A stretch of DNA of 63,363 bases, filler included, from Craspedostauros australis (GCA_030167865.1; 7 parts of 7 records of this genome joined end to end with filler, not necessarily neighbours in it), one strand, 5' to 3'; positions 42,874 through 54,448 are shown, counted from the whole stretch's first letter. The notes: a model not told the origin generated them from the sequence alone. A program made the numbers and translations.

Positions 42874-45582
42874 ATGCCGCGCCCATGGCACCCCCTCGAG
42901 GCCAGGATGGCGAGATTGGCACACGACGAAGGCGATGCGGCCACCATCCACGAGAGCTTCATGATGCGTATTCGCCAGTTCAATCGGCAACGTGCCGACT
43001 GCGTGGCGCAGGCCTTGAACATCAGCATTGCCAGGGCTCAAGTGGAGATCTTTCAGACCACCAACACCTCCATCCCGTTGGATCGCACGCAGCGAGATCT
43101 CCAACACTTTCTTGCGCAGCGTCGCAGGGGTGGTGGGAGGGGTGGAAGGGGGGTTGATAGTGAGAGTGCTAGTGCTAGTGGGAGTGCTAGTGAGAGCGCC
43201 AGTGAGAGTGCTAGCGAGAGTGTCAGTGAGAGTGCTAGTGAGAGCGCCTGTGCTAGTGCTAGTGCTAGTGCTAGTGAGAGTGTCAGTGGGGGTGACAACC
43301 AGGGTGACGACGAAAGCAATAGTGTGATTGCCAATGACAGTGGCAGTTCCAGCGCAAGTTCCATCAACAGCGACAGTGAGAATGGCAGTGCCGATGAAAG
43401 CGGTAGCGAAAGCGAGGAAGTCTATGCGAGCGAAAGCGATAGTCGCCACAGCAGCATGCTCGAGGAAGACTTTGATGATGACGAAGCCTCCTTCCTCGTC
43501 GATGATGGCGCCGACAACGAAGATGGTTCGTACGACGATGCATGTCCGAACAATGACAGCAAGTCTGCTGCGCATCCTTCGGAGGAAAACATCGACGCAG
43601 ACATCGTGCAAACTCAGAATCAGCTCACGTGGATCGCGAAGGTCATCAAGGTGCGCACGAAGAGAGTCAAGCTGCTGAAGACGCAGACCAGGTTGCTTGC
43701 CTTGGAGAAGGAGAAATGTGAACTTGAGGCCCAGGTGGCGCAGCTCGAGCAGGAGACGCCATGCATCAAATTAGAAGCGCAGCAGCAATCACGGAAACGA
43801 TCGGCGCAGGAGGCATCACCGCAACCAACAGAGGCCGTGGAGGAGCAAGCATTGCAAGACCAAGCGCTGCAAGATACATCATCGCACGATCCACCACCGC
43901 AGAAGGATCAACCCACGGACGATTCATCAAATCATAGCCAACCGTTGGAAGCCCAGACTCAACCATCGCAAGATAAAGCGAAGCCACATCAAGCATTGCA
44001 ACGTCAACCACCACGATCTGCATCCATGCAAGATCAACTGCCGCAAGACCAACACGAGCGAGTGGAAGTTCAATCAGTGGAAGTTCAGTCAGCGCAACCT
44101 GCGTCTCATCAGGCCCAGCCAATGCACGAGCAAGCGACGCGCAAGCAACTGGAGCCAACAGCAGATCAACTACAGCACACGCTGACAAAGGAAGTCCAGT
44201 CAATCGAAGTCCAGCCAGCGGAAACTCCGCAACAGCAAACAATAACGCCACGAAAGCAACCGGCGCAAGCACAACCAGTGGGAGATCAGCCACAGCAAGT
44301 CGCGCCACATCAAGACCAACCAACGCAGCATCAACCACCGCAAGGGCAGCGCGAGCCAGTGGAAGTTCCGCAACCACAGAATCAGCCTTTGCGAACGACG
44401 CAAGTGGAAGATCCACCACAGCAAACCCAACTGCAGCAATCAAATTCACCGCAAGCCGAAGCACAACCCGCGAAGCCAGTAGTGCTGGCTGTGCAACAGC
44501 CACCAAAGCCAACGCAAGATCGAACTTTGCAACAGCAAGCCGAACCATCACAAGCTGAGCCGTCGCAAGCCACTCAAGTGCCAGCGAAACAAGTGCCAGC
44601 GAAACAAGTGCAAGGTAAGCTATTGCACATGAGATCAGCGCAAGCGAAACCACCACAAGTGCAGCCATTGCAAACTCAACAAGTGCTCTCTCGATCATTG
44701 CATTCTCGGTCATTGCATGCTCAGCCACTGAAAGCTCAGATCCCGCAGAAACAGCCGCCACAAGGCCAGCCCCAACTAGCGAATGGCCAGACCGCGCGCA
44801 AGGAATCACGACAACATGACATACAAACGGAACAGCATACCTCCTTGCAAGGGCAATCATCGCAAGACCAATCGATGCACATTCCGCAAGCGGAAACTCC
44901 GTCAGTGCAAGCTCAGCCAGCGCAAGCTCAGCCAGTGTCACTCGTGCATGGCCGGTCACTCCCTCGCGTGCAAGCTCGCAGACTGCCAATCGTGCAAGCT
45001 TGCACACTGCCAATTGTGCAAATTCCGCTACTCCCACGGGTGCAAGGTCGGATACCGCCACTCGTGCAAGCTCCTCCAGCGCAAGTGCGACGATCACAAC
45101 CTCCGCAACAGCGTGCCAAACCACCGCAACCGCATGCCAAGCAACTGTCACAGAAAGCAACTCAACAGAAAGCAACACAACAGAAAGTGTCGCAACAGCA
45201 AGCCCAAGCAAGGAAACGGCGCATCATACGACACCTCAACACTGTTCAACAAAAACATGGATCAAAGCAACGCCAAGCAATGCAACATGAAAAACAGCAA
45301 CAACCATCAAAGCAGCGTCAACTACTGCTGCAACAGACGCAGCGGGCTGCCCAGCACCATCAAGAACTGCAAGCGATGCGACAGCAACAACTGTGTTGGG
45401 AATACCGACTGTGGCAGCAACGTTACTGTGTTGGGGGAGAACAACAAACATGGCAACAGCAGCCGCCACGGCAAGAACAACAGCCACCACAACACGGCAA
45501 CGTTTCAACGCCACCAATGCCGTACCAGCAACATCAACAGCACTACAATGCATGGCGTTCGGATCATTCAACGCTTCCATGA
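42874..45582 (+). CDS. Low-complexity Gln/Pro-rich protein with an acidic Ser tract and a short coiled coil
   Basis: ~900-codon ORF from the ATG at 42874; AGTGCT/AGTGAG microsatellite at 43159-43290; no domain recognised. Confidence 0.75.
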   Translation: MPRPWHPLEARMARLAHDEGDAATIHESFMMRIRQFNRQRADCVAQALNISIARAQVEIFQTTNTSIPLDRTQRDLQHFLAQRRRGGGRGGRGVDSESASASGSASESASESASESVSESASESACASASASASESVSGGDNQGDDESNSVIANDSGSSSASSINSDSENGSADESGSESEEVYASESDSRHSSMLEEDFDDDEASFLVDDGADNEDGSYDDACPNNDSKSAAHPSEENIDADIVQTQNQLTWIAKVIKVRTKRVKLLKTQTRLLALEKEKCELEAQVAQLEQETPCIKLEAQQQSRKRSAQEASPQPTEAVEEQALQDQALQDTSSHDPPPQKDQPTDDSSNHSQPLEAQTQPSQDKAKPHQALQRQPPRSASMQDQLPQDQHERVEVQSVEVQSAQPASHQAQPMHEQATRKQLEPTADQLQHTLTKEVQSIEVQPAETPQQQTITPRKQPAQAQPVGDQPQQVAPHQDQPTQHQPPQGQREPVEVPQPQNQPLRTTQVEDPPQQTQLQQSNSPQAEAQPAKPVVLAVQQPPKPTQDRTLQQQAEPSQAEPSQATQVPAKQVPAKQVQGKLLHMRSAQAKPPQVQPLQTQQVLSRSLHSRSLHAQPLKAQIPQKQPPQGQPQLANGQTARKESRQHDIQTEQHTSLQGQSSQDQSMHIPQAETPSVQAQPAQAQPVSLVHGRSLPRVQARRLPIVQACTLPIVQIPLLPRVQGRIPPLVQAPPAQVRRSQPPQQRAKPPQPHAKQLSQKATQQKATQQKVSQQQAQARKRRIIRHLNTVQQKHGSKQRQAMQHEKQQQPSKQRQLLLQQTQRAAQHHQELQAMRQQQLCWEYRLWQQRYCVGGEQQTWQQQPPRQEQQPPQHGNVSTPPMPYQQHQQHYNAWRSDHSTLP

Positions 45583-45694
45583 GGGGATTCTTCTTGTCCC
45601 GACGACAGATCAGCCAGAACGTACTGCATCTGGTGAAAAGTGTCAAAGTGCACAAGTAACTTCTGTGGGCGTATTGGCCTGTTGTTGCGTGCCC

Positions 45695-45800
45695 TGGTCG
45701 GAGCTTTTGTTCTGTAATTGTGAGCTGCCCCAAGACAATCTCAGATCAGTATTTTCGATGAATACGATTAGTGAAGGTAAGAAGTACAGTGAAAGCTGTC
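45695..45800 (+). repeat. Non-coding segment similar to 51884-51990
   Basis: CAGTATTTTCGATGAATACGATTAGTGAAGGTAAGAAGTACAGTGAAAGCTG vs CAGTACTTTCGATTAATACGATTCGTGAAGGGGAAGAAGCACAGAAAAAGCTG. Confidence 0.7.
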
Positions 45801-46495
45801 GAGCACGACAGATGACGTAGCAGCCTTGATGAAATGCCTTGCTGAAACGACAACGTACATGGGTGCCGTGGAGATGGGACGCTTGCATCCCAATTCACCC
45901 TTCCACGTTTCATCATTGAAGAGATGCGCAGCTTCGCCTCCGCCCGGTCCACATCGTTCTGCTCGCATACTGGCTTGTCACATCGACACCAGATGGGTAT
46001 TACTCCGCACTCGTACCTTGGTGCGCACTGGTGTTCGTGCTCTCCCGATCCCAATCGACTCACACTGTTACTTCTCGATTCATGTGCATAACTTATCGGA
46101 TGGTGCCAACGTGCTTAAATTTAAGTCTGTCCGAATGGATGCACCACGATGCGGAATGATTGGCATCGTGGATGGCGGCCGTGTTGTGTGTCCATTGGAC
46201 ACGGAATGTAATCGCTGCCGCAAACATCGTTCGAACGAACCGCTATGACCTGGTGCGCCGCGCACATCTCCAACTGCGACAATTCCACGCAAATCCGCCT
46301 TGCACGCAAATACGTCGGACGCACATGGCAACGCCCCTGATTTCTCAACGGTACGGAATTGGCGTGGGCAACTGCACTGCAATACAACGTTCGTTGCATG
46401 TATGGTGTGAATTATACGCCTGCGCTTCACTCGTACCCAAACACAATAGTGCCCCACGCACCACAGTATCACGTATCGCGACAACAGCAGCGGAA

Positions 46496-49456
46496 ATGAT
46501 GATCAACGGCAAAGCGGCCTTCTCGGCCTTTCTTGTTCTCGCCAACACGATAACGGCCCATGCTGCGCTGCGTGGCAGTACAAATCTCGTGGATCCAACT
46601 AACGAACTCCACATGATAATGGAGAAGACCCGCATCCTCAAGGACGCCGGCGGTGCCACGAAAACCAGCAAGGATAACAAGAGCAACCGCACGCCACCTA
46701 CTGAAAATCCGGCTGGACCAGAAACAATCGTGCCGACCGCATTACCCACTGGGCCGCCGACCGCCTTGCGATCTGAGATGTCCTCAATGACGCCGACCTC
46801 ACAGCCCACTCTCCTCCCAACGTCCAAACCGGCAGCGCCCCCGTCGGGCTTCGATTCCTCCATCTCTGTCGTCTGCAAACCGGACGGTACCACCACCCTC
46901 ACACCAGAGGAAGCCAATGCCAAGACCATCATCTGCAACGCCGCCAAGCCATCCTGTCGCGAGGCCATCACCGCCGTCAAGGAATCTGCGGCGCTGCAGA
47001 ACTTCTTTGCATGTGCAGGGAACCTCGGCGAAGGAGCGGCGCGCAAGCTCTTCAACAAATACGCTGCCGATGACATGCTCGCTGAACAACTCACGTTGGT
47101 GGCTGATGTTGGTATGACTCTCGTCACCGAGAGACCGGATGCAATGAAGGCAGCATGCATGGTCATCGCCACGACGCAATCACCTTCCGTCGCCACCGCT
47201 TGCTGCCAAGGAGCGTCTGGATGCACCTCGACCACTGCTTCCGCCTCTCCTTCTCCTCCCTTCATGACCATCGCGATCACTGCATGCACCGGCGGTAGCG
47301 CCTGCAAGGACATGGGCCCCAACCCGCTCATTCTCGATTCCTCCTGCACTGGCGCGAGTGCATGCGAATCCATGAATGAGAACGAGATCAACCCGTCCAT
47401 CACGGGAGTCACCTTCGTTGGCGAGATGGCATGCACCACCCCTCAATCTTGCGAGGGAGTCGGACATAGATCTCATGGCGACGTGACCATCCAACAAGGC
47501 GCATGCATCGGATCAAACTCATGCAACGCAGCCGGACGCCGCGTCAAGCAGTCAGGGGCATCTTTCCGCTTCCGCAGTCACATCGACATTGGCTCGAATG
47601 CTTGCGTCGGCAGCAATTCCTGCAAGGATGCCCACTCGACTGTGGACCATGGTACTGCTGGCAAGTATGCAGGAAGCCTGAGCATCGGTGCTGGTGGATG
47701 CACCGCTAATGGCTCATGCGAAAAGATGGGCTTCAACGATAGGATGAGAACGGACATCATTGTCCCTCCTGGTGGATGTGGCAGCGTTGACAGCTGCAGG
47801 GGATGCACGACGAAGACGGAGTGCAGCGCTGACGAAGTCTACATCATCAGCGATGTTGATGGGGCCTGTCCAAAGGGAGGTAGCGATAGCAACCACAACC
47901 CAACAGGGGATAAAGTGGATAAGTTTTGTGTTGGTAAGGGCACCTTACCCACAGACTGCCCGACCTTGTTTCCGACTCCCTTCCCAACACCGCTTACGGC
48001 CGCCCCAACCAGCAACCCAACCATCTTGGCATCCGATACGCCAAGCTCATCGCCATCTGACGGGCCATCCCACCTTCCCTCGCAATCTCCGTCAGATCTT
48101 CCGTCCAGCCTTCCATCCGAGATACCGTCGGGCATCCCCAGCTCATCGCCTTCTCAGACACCGTCCGATACTCCGTCCCAACATCCCTCCGATATTCCGT
48201 CGCGTGCCCCGATTTTGTCCCCGTCAGAGAGACCGTCGCAAACTCCATCTACTCCACCATCTGGTGCACCGTCAGCTGTGCCGAGCTCATGGCCGTCGGA
48301 TATGCCATCCATGGTTCCTTCGGCAAGTTCTTTGCCGTCGGATATGCCGTCCGCCCTCCCATCAAGCCTACCGTCGGACCTGCCGAGCTCGACACCCACA
48401 GAGACACCTCAGCCAACTGGTCCTCCAGCAACCTTCAACGTGGGTTGCCTCGAAACACCTGGAAATGGCCTATCGACCTTCAATGATGTTGTTGGTGACG
48501 TCTCATGTGATGGTGCGACAGGCATATGCGCAGACTTCGTCTCCATGGTTGATGACCTTGGTGATGAGAAGGAGAGGATGATCAAGAGCGTCTTTGGATG
48601 CAACGACGAAGGGACTCCGCAGCCCGTGACGTTGGCGGTGGCCCAGGCACGGTTTGATAAGATGAAAAATGATGCAAGCGTCACTGCAGCGCTGTTGGCA
48701 GCAGTGGATGGAACGAAGAAACTCTTTACGGGTGCGCCTGATGTTGTGACAACCCAATGCGACACCGACTGCTGCACAGGGACGAACGGTTGCTCCACCG
48801 ACACGTCGTCTGGCGTGATGACCGTGAGTGACGGATCCTGTCTCGGAAATTCGGCTTGCAAGCTCCTCACCCCTGACAGCATCATCCTCGAAAGTTGCAC
48901 AGAGAACAACGCCTGCAATGGGTTGGGATCTGTTCAAACTCCGCCAGTGGATTTCACCATTGGCTTCAGGGTGATTGGACCAGGAGCATGCACGGCTGCC
49001 AATAGTTGCAGAGGTTCAGGAGGGTACATCTACGGCAATATCAGATTTGAAACGGGGGCCTGCAATGCTGACAGTGCATGCAGAAGCATTGCAATCCGAA
49101 TGCTGCAACTAGCTGCACCACAAGTCACCGCCAATGTATTCATCGGAGAGAATGCATGCCAGGGGAATACGGCATGTGAGAATGTCCATGCACAGGTGCT
49201 CGGCAAGACTTCTGGAAGTTTGACGATCGAAAAGGACGCATACAAGGGAGATAGTGCATGCAGCAAGATTGCGGAGAATGACTTCGCCGTAAATGACCTC
49301 ATCGTGAGAGAGGGGATCTGCGATGCGACTGGTATGAGTTGTGCCGACTGTTTGCCGGGAAGGATGTGCGGCAATGACTTCACGCTCACGTACGTCATCG
49401 ACAACGCGGGTGATGACTGTCCTGGACCAAACACATTCGCCTGCGAAGGCCTTTGA
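46496..49456 (+). CDS. Secreted Cys/Gly-repeat protein with Pro/Ser/Thr mucin-like linkers (cell-surface or EPS candidate)
   Basis: Signal peptide from the ATG at 46496, RIL motif, two homologous Cys-rich halves with (A/S)CxGxx(A/S)C repeats separated by PSxxPS repeats. Confidence 0.85.
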   Translation: MMINGKAAFSAFLVLANTITAHAALRGSTNLVDPTNELHMIMEKTRILKDAGGATKTSKDNKSNRTPPTENPAGPETIVPTALPTGPPTALRSEMSSMTPTSQPTLLPTSKPAAPPSGFDSSISVVCKPDGTTTLTPEEANAKTIICNAAKPSCREAITAVKESAALQNFFACAGNLGEGAARKLFNKYAADDMLAEQLTLVADVGMTLVTERPDAMKAACMVIATTQSPSVATACCQGASGCTSTTASASPSPPFMTIAITACTGGSACKDMGPNPLILDSSCTGASACESMNENEINPSITGVTFVGEMACTTPQSCEGVGHRSHGDVTIQQGACIGSNSCNAAGRRVKQSGASFRFRSHIDIGSNACVGSNSCKDAHSTVDHGTAGKYAGSLSIGAGGCTANGSCEKMGFNDRMRTDIIVPPGGCGSVDSCRGCTTKTECSADEVYIISDVDGACPKGGSDSNHNPTGDKVDKFCVGKGTLPTDCPTLFPTPFPTPLTAAPTSNPTILASDTPSSSPSDGPSHLPSQSPSDLPSSLPSEIPSGIPSSSPSQTPSDTPSQHPSDIPSRAPILSPSERPSQTPSTPPSGAPSAVPSSWPSDMPSMVPSASSLPSDMPSALPSSLPSDLPSSTPTETPQPTGPPATFNVGCLETPGNGLSTFNDVVGDVSCDGATGICADFVSMVDDLGDEKERMIKSVFGCNDEGTPQPVTLAVAQARFDKMKNDASVTAALLAAVDGTKKLFTGAPDVVTTQCDTDCCTGTNGCSTDTSSGVMTVSDGSCLGNSACKLLTPDSIILESCTENNACNGLGSVQTPPVDFTIGFRVIGPGACTAANSCRGSGGYIYGNIRFETGACNADSACRSIAIRMLQLAAPQVTANVFIGENACQGNTACENVHAQVLGKTSGSLTIEKDAYKGDSACSKIAENDFAVNDLIVREGICDATGMSCADCLPGRMCGNDFTLTYVIDNAGDDCPGPNTFACEGL

Positions 49457-49596
49457 CCATTGCATGCCATAGTAACACAAGAAACCAATATCCGTCTGCA
49501 ATATATTGATAGTGTAGAACTCTATTCTTGCTGTATCAGTGTGGTATGGCCAGGCTGACTCGCAAATGCAGATGGATTGAGTAAGTAATACGCTGT

Positions 49597-51396
49597 TCAA
49601 ACCTTACGTGCATGTCTTCTTCCAGACAAGACATACCAAATGAGACAAAGCACCGCGAATAGTCCTCCAAGAGCGAAATATAACCCGGAGATGTGCTCAT
49701 CGGATCGTACGGGTTCCGGCGGCAGCGCTCGATCCAGGTGCGATTCCATACGCATGCTTTTCTCTCCGTACGACACCTCGTACATCTCCGTCATCTTTGC
49801 AGGCACATCGTTGCTGCCATTTCGAACTTCAGTCTTTGATACGCCTTCGCTGCACTGCGCGTAAATTTCTCCCAGCAACATACTTTTTTCGACCAACTTG
49901 GAAAACTGCGGATGGGTGAACAGAGACGACGAGTTCTCCGCAGCCATCTTCATCGCCGCATCCTTCAACATCACGCACTCGCGGTCATCGGCAAACAGCA
50001 GCATGTCGACCATCGTCTCTTCTGTGAGGTGGGAACGAATCAGCTCCGCCTCGATGACGAGCTTGAGTCGCCAAAAGCCAAATTCATCGGCAACTAATAT
50101 CACCTGCTGCAAATCTTCAAGTCCAGCCGTGCCACCACCGCCGAAGTCATCATCTTTGAAAGAGACACCTCCCGCGTAGATGCACTTGAGAACGAATCGG
50201 ACATATTTGGGATGGAAGGTCGGAAGCCGAATGGTAATGCTGTCGTTGTCGGTGATGCCTGGAGATGACGATGGTGATGAGCCCGTTTCGATCCGAGGTT
50301 GGTCTCGACCTTGCTCTGCAAAGCTGATGAGCTGCTTGATGGCCGGCACGGTGGTCAAGAGGATTCCACTATTCGCCTTGATTTCTTGTTGCTCGTCACC
50401 CTCTCCGCACAAGAAGCTGACATCACCCATAGCTTCCTTGCGGAAGGAATCAAGTCGATCTTGGTCGACACGGACACTGTCATCAGCGTCGAGCTTTGTG
50501 ATGCTGCCTGGTTTTTGTTGGTGATGTGCTTCTGCAGCTTCGGAAATGGTGCTTTGTTTGTGTTGCTGCTGCGGATGGGAGTATAGGTGGAGGGAGTAGT
50601 TTGCAAAGAACTCGATGATGTTGGTATGGTTGTTCGTTTTGGCGACATCAAGAGCTGTTGCATTCCATACGTTTCGAACAGAAAAGTTGGCGGCGGATGA
50701 TTCAACCAGATATTGGACAACACGTAGATGGCCATTTTCACATGCGTCGTGCAGTGGAGTGCCGTTGTACTTGTCTCGAAGGTTGATATCGGCGTTGTGT
50801 GATTCCACCAGGTATTTGACAATATCCAAGTTGCCGTTGGCGCACGCATGATGGAGCGCAGTCTTCCCGTTGTTATCATTCACGTTGATGTTAGCGCCGC
50901 TTGTTTCCACCAGGTATTTGACAACATCTAAAACGCCGTAGTGGCACGCATAATGGAGTGCAGTGTTGCCATCGTTGTCTTTCACGTTGATGTTAGCGCC
51001 GCTTGTTTCCACCAGGTATTTGACAACATCCAAATTGCCGTTGCCACACGCATAAAGGAGTGCAGTGGCGCCATTGTCGTCTTTTACATTGATGCTCGCG
51101 CCACGTCTTTTCACCAGGTATTTGACAATATCCAAACTGCCATTGACGCATGCCAAATGGAGTGCAGTGTTGCCATCATTGTCTTTCATGTTGATGTTAG
51201 CGCCGCGTGTTTCCACCAGGTATCTGACAATATCCAAATTGCCATAGCCGCACGCCAAATGGAGTGCAGTAGCGCCATCATTGTGATCGACGCTGAGGAC
51301 ATCAATTCCCAGATTGCGCCAGATCCACTTTTTGAAAGCCCTCAGATCTCCACTAGAAAGAGCCTCGTGGAGTTCATCCACCGCGGCTTGATCCAT
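49597..51396 (-). CDS. Ankyrin-repeat + BTB protein with a C-terminal transmembrane helix
   Basis: About seven ankyrin repeats (GxTALHxACxxGxLDIVKYLVE, 102-bp period), BTB-like GDVSFLC..VILVADEFGFWRLKLVIE, tail GLYFALGGLFAVLCLIWYVL. Confidence 0.88.
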   Translation of the reverse strand: MDQAAVDELHEALSSGDLRAFKKWIWRNLGIDVLSVDHNDGATALHLACGYGNLDIVRYLVETRGANINMKDNDGNTALHLACVNGSLDIVKYLVKRRGASINVKDDNGATALLYACGNGNLDVVKYLVETSGANINVKDNDGNTALHYACHYGVLDVVKYLVETSGANINVNDNNGKTALHHACANGNLDIVKYLVESHNADINLRDKYNGTPLHDACENGHLRVVQYLVESSAANFSVRNVWNATALDVAKTNNHTNIIEFFANYSLHLYSHPQQQHKQSTISEAAEAHHQQKPGSITKLDADDSVRVDQDRLDSFRKEAMGDVSFLCGEGDEQQEIKANSGILLTTVPAIKQLISFAEQGRDQPRIETGSSPSSSPGITDNDSITIRLPTFHPKYVRFVLKCIYAGGVSFKDDDFGGGGTAGLEDLQQVILVADEFGFWRLKLVIEAELIRSHLTEETMVDMLLFADDRECVMLKDAAMKMAAENSSSLFTHPQFSKLVEKSMLLGEIYAQCSEGVSKTEVRNGSNDVPAKMTEMYEVSYGEKSMRMESHLDRALPPEPVRSDEHISGLYFALGGLFAVLCLIWYVLSGRRHARKV

Positions 51397-52166
51397 GGTG
51401 GCATAGATGAATGTGAAAAGTTTCCTGGTCCTTGGTGCTTCTCCGTGATGTGGACAAACGAATACGCCATACAGTATCTCCTCACGCTTCACCAAGGAAT
51501 ACAAGCATGGAAACCACGGATGTACATGTACATGTGCATGGACGGCGGTGGTGGGTCATGAACGGTTGCGACTGAGGATGTGTGAGCGTTGAGAAGAATG
51601 GAATGCGTCAACCCACACCTTCGTTCGACAAGCAAATTATCCAAATAGGACGAAAGCATGAGAAGGTCGCTATCACCAACGCAACAGCTCTCAAATCCCC
51701 CTTCCCGCTCTGCGTTTGTTACTCAAGATCACTTACCTACTCTCCACTCTATGCGATGTCTAGACTGGAGTTGGCGAGATTGATTTGATTGATTTGTGTC
51801 TGCATCGGTTGCAATGCTTCCGGTATTCGCTTTGTGGTTGGTTTCTGGTGCATCATGGTTGCGCCACGAAATCAGCGAAGCCATGGTCGGAAATGGTCGC
51901 AAGAAAACGCGAGTTGTTTGGAGACGATGTCCCACCAGTACTTTCGATTAATACGATTCGTGAAGGGGAAGAAGCACAGAAAAAGCTGCCAACGCCCACC
52001 AACGAAGAATCAAAGGCACACAGAGTGATCATCATCATTCCGAACATCCACCCCTGCTTGGCATTGGCAACGTGCGAGCAGACCATGCATCGCACGAGAG
52101 TGAAGCATCCACAGAAGCATCCGCAACTGCAATTGGACTATTAACAGAACTATTCCAATCGTCATC

Positions 52167-54448
52167 ATGACATTCCCATCATCATCAACAACACCATCAT
52201 CGCCGTCATCAACAACGAGAAGAACAGGTGCAGCGTCGAGCCGATATCGCACCATGGCCCCCAATCTGAGGAAGCAAATGATGCACCAATGGCAGCGACG
52301 GCGGTGGACGCACACGCTGATAATCGTCATGGTCCTGGAGGCCGCCTACCTGCGCGTCGCACCGGAATCCACATTCCTGCGCATGCTGACATCGATGTCA
52401 TTTGATTCATCATCATCCGACAGCTCCGAAACGGAGGGGCGCAGCGCAATCGGTTGGGACGCAATAAGCCACGACTTCATCGAACAGTGCTGACGGGCGT
52501 CACGTCCATTGATCCATCTGCACGCTCAGTCATGGAACATGATCATCGCGAACGAGCAGGATGTCCGAACGCGGGCGCAGACGCAGCGAGATCAGCAACG
52601 CGACCGACTCCTCGATAGATTCCGATACCTCGAAACGCTTCCGAATCAGACTGCAGTAGCAGCAGCAACCAGTGAAAGTACCAGTGAAAGTACCAGTGAA
52701 AGCAGCAGTCAAGTTGTCGAAGATACACCATCGGGACTGAATCCACTCATCTGGGATTGGGACAGCTGCATCGACGAGTACTTACTTCGAGACCATCATG
52801 CAACGATGTTCGCGATCCATCAATGTGGTGGAAGGTGAGATGTTCTCGACTGTGTGCTGGGGCACGATACAGCAGCTGGTCAGAGCACCTCGGTGCACGG
52901 TGCGGTTGGATTCGCAGTATGTTTGCGACGGCTCGCCTGATGCGAACGAAGCAACGCAGCGGGCACTGCCGACGCCCAAGTATTTGGCGCAGCAAGTCAT
53001 CCAGCATCACTTCACACTGGATACGCTCAACATCATGATCATTGGTGCGGGACCGGTGGGGCTGCATCTGGCCAACGTCCTCAACCACGTCAAGGAGAAT
53101 CAATCGATCCGCATCCTCATGTTCGAAAAACGGGTGGAGCGTCTGGGTCGCAATGAATCCTATTCCAGAGATTGGATCACCGAGATCGGCTTCAGCACTT
53201 GTACGCAGGGAGATCCGCGCGTCGTCAACTACCTCGACGAGGTCGTGATGCGGAAAGCGACCACGAATACGACCGTTCATGCTGAGAATCAGAGCACCAA
53301 CAATGCTGCTAGCAAGGATGCCGCCAAGAAGGAACGCCTTGTCAACTTGCCACCCATGGTCATCGAAACGCTCCTGCTGCTCTCCAACCGCGATCTCAGC
53401 GTCAAGTTCCTCTTTGACGATATTCGAACACGCTGGCATCTGCTTCAGGATGTGCCGAACCTCATCGTCTTTGATGCCTCCGGTCATCGCATGGACACGT
53501 TTCAGCGGACTGGCACGAAGGTGGACACCGACAACCGTTCCTTTCTGGGGCGCATCCTGTACACCACGGATTCGCAACGGTCCATCGACGTCACTGAATG
53601 GTCGCCAGACTTCACGTTCAACACCGCCACGACACCATACAAGTGGCAGTACATAGATAATACGGACTACCCGGTGCTGAAGGACCTCAACTTCTTGCCG
53701 CGGATTGTAACAGAAACAACAACGCAGAACACTGTGCTGTATCCGATCACACCAGACGGCGATGCATTCAAATTGTGCATGCTGAAGCTCAACGACGTCC
53801 GATTCGCCAAGCAGGCGACAGGGATCTACAGCACCTGGAAGACTTACATGAAGAGCGTCATGCAATCGAGCCACCCGCTCTGCACCGAAGAAGCATGCGG
53901 CGAGGCCGACGGCTTCGATTGTGACACATACTGCAAACTGGCCTGGGGATGGGAGGCCTCCAAGCACTACCGGCGCGACATTTACAACCGCATGAAGGTG
54001 GAATGGCCCTACTTCTCCACCATGTGCCATGTGCGCCGTGGTGTCATTGATACCAGATCAGTTTGACGTCTTCGATCAATTCTTTCAGCTCGGCATGGCA
54101 ACCGGCAGGCCCATCCAGAAATTGCCCATCGCGGCCTTTCAGCACAAGACGGTGTTCGAGGAGAACAATCTGATCCAAGCACTGCAGTACTTCCGCGCCC
54201 ATTCCGGTTTCTCCTATCCCATTGCAAGCACGTTCTCGTACGCACCGTACATCTACAACGATGTCGTCGTTCCGTTGACCGCAACGACCGATGCCAGGAT
54301 ACGCAACGCGCCGGTGCTGAGAATCGGTGATTCATTGTCGTCCAGCAACGCAAATCTTGGTAACGGGCTTAGTCAGCATCTGCAAATCATTGAGAAGTTT
54401 ACGGACAACTTGCAGTCGTTCCAGACACCACACCGGAGCATACAATAA
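52167..54448 (+). pseudogene. Disrupted type II membrane FAD-dependent oxidoreductase/monooxygenase-like gene
   Basis: N-terminal TM, IIGAGPVG..FEKR, FDASG, RIGDS. In-frame TGA at 52491 and frameshifts near 52817 and 54048. Confidence 0.72.

Noticed and set aside
43766..45820. Long antisense and alternate-frame ORFs over the Q/P-rich gene (similarly 52747-54030, 18507-19427, 46345-47439)
   Set aside because: Expected shadows of biased codon usage and low complexity; no domain signal.
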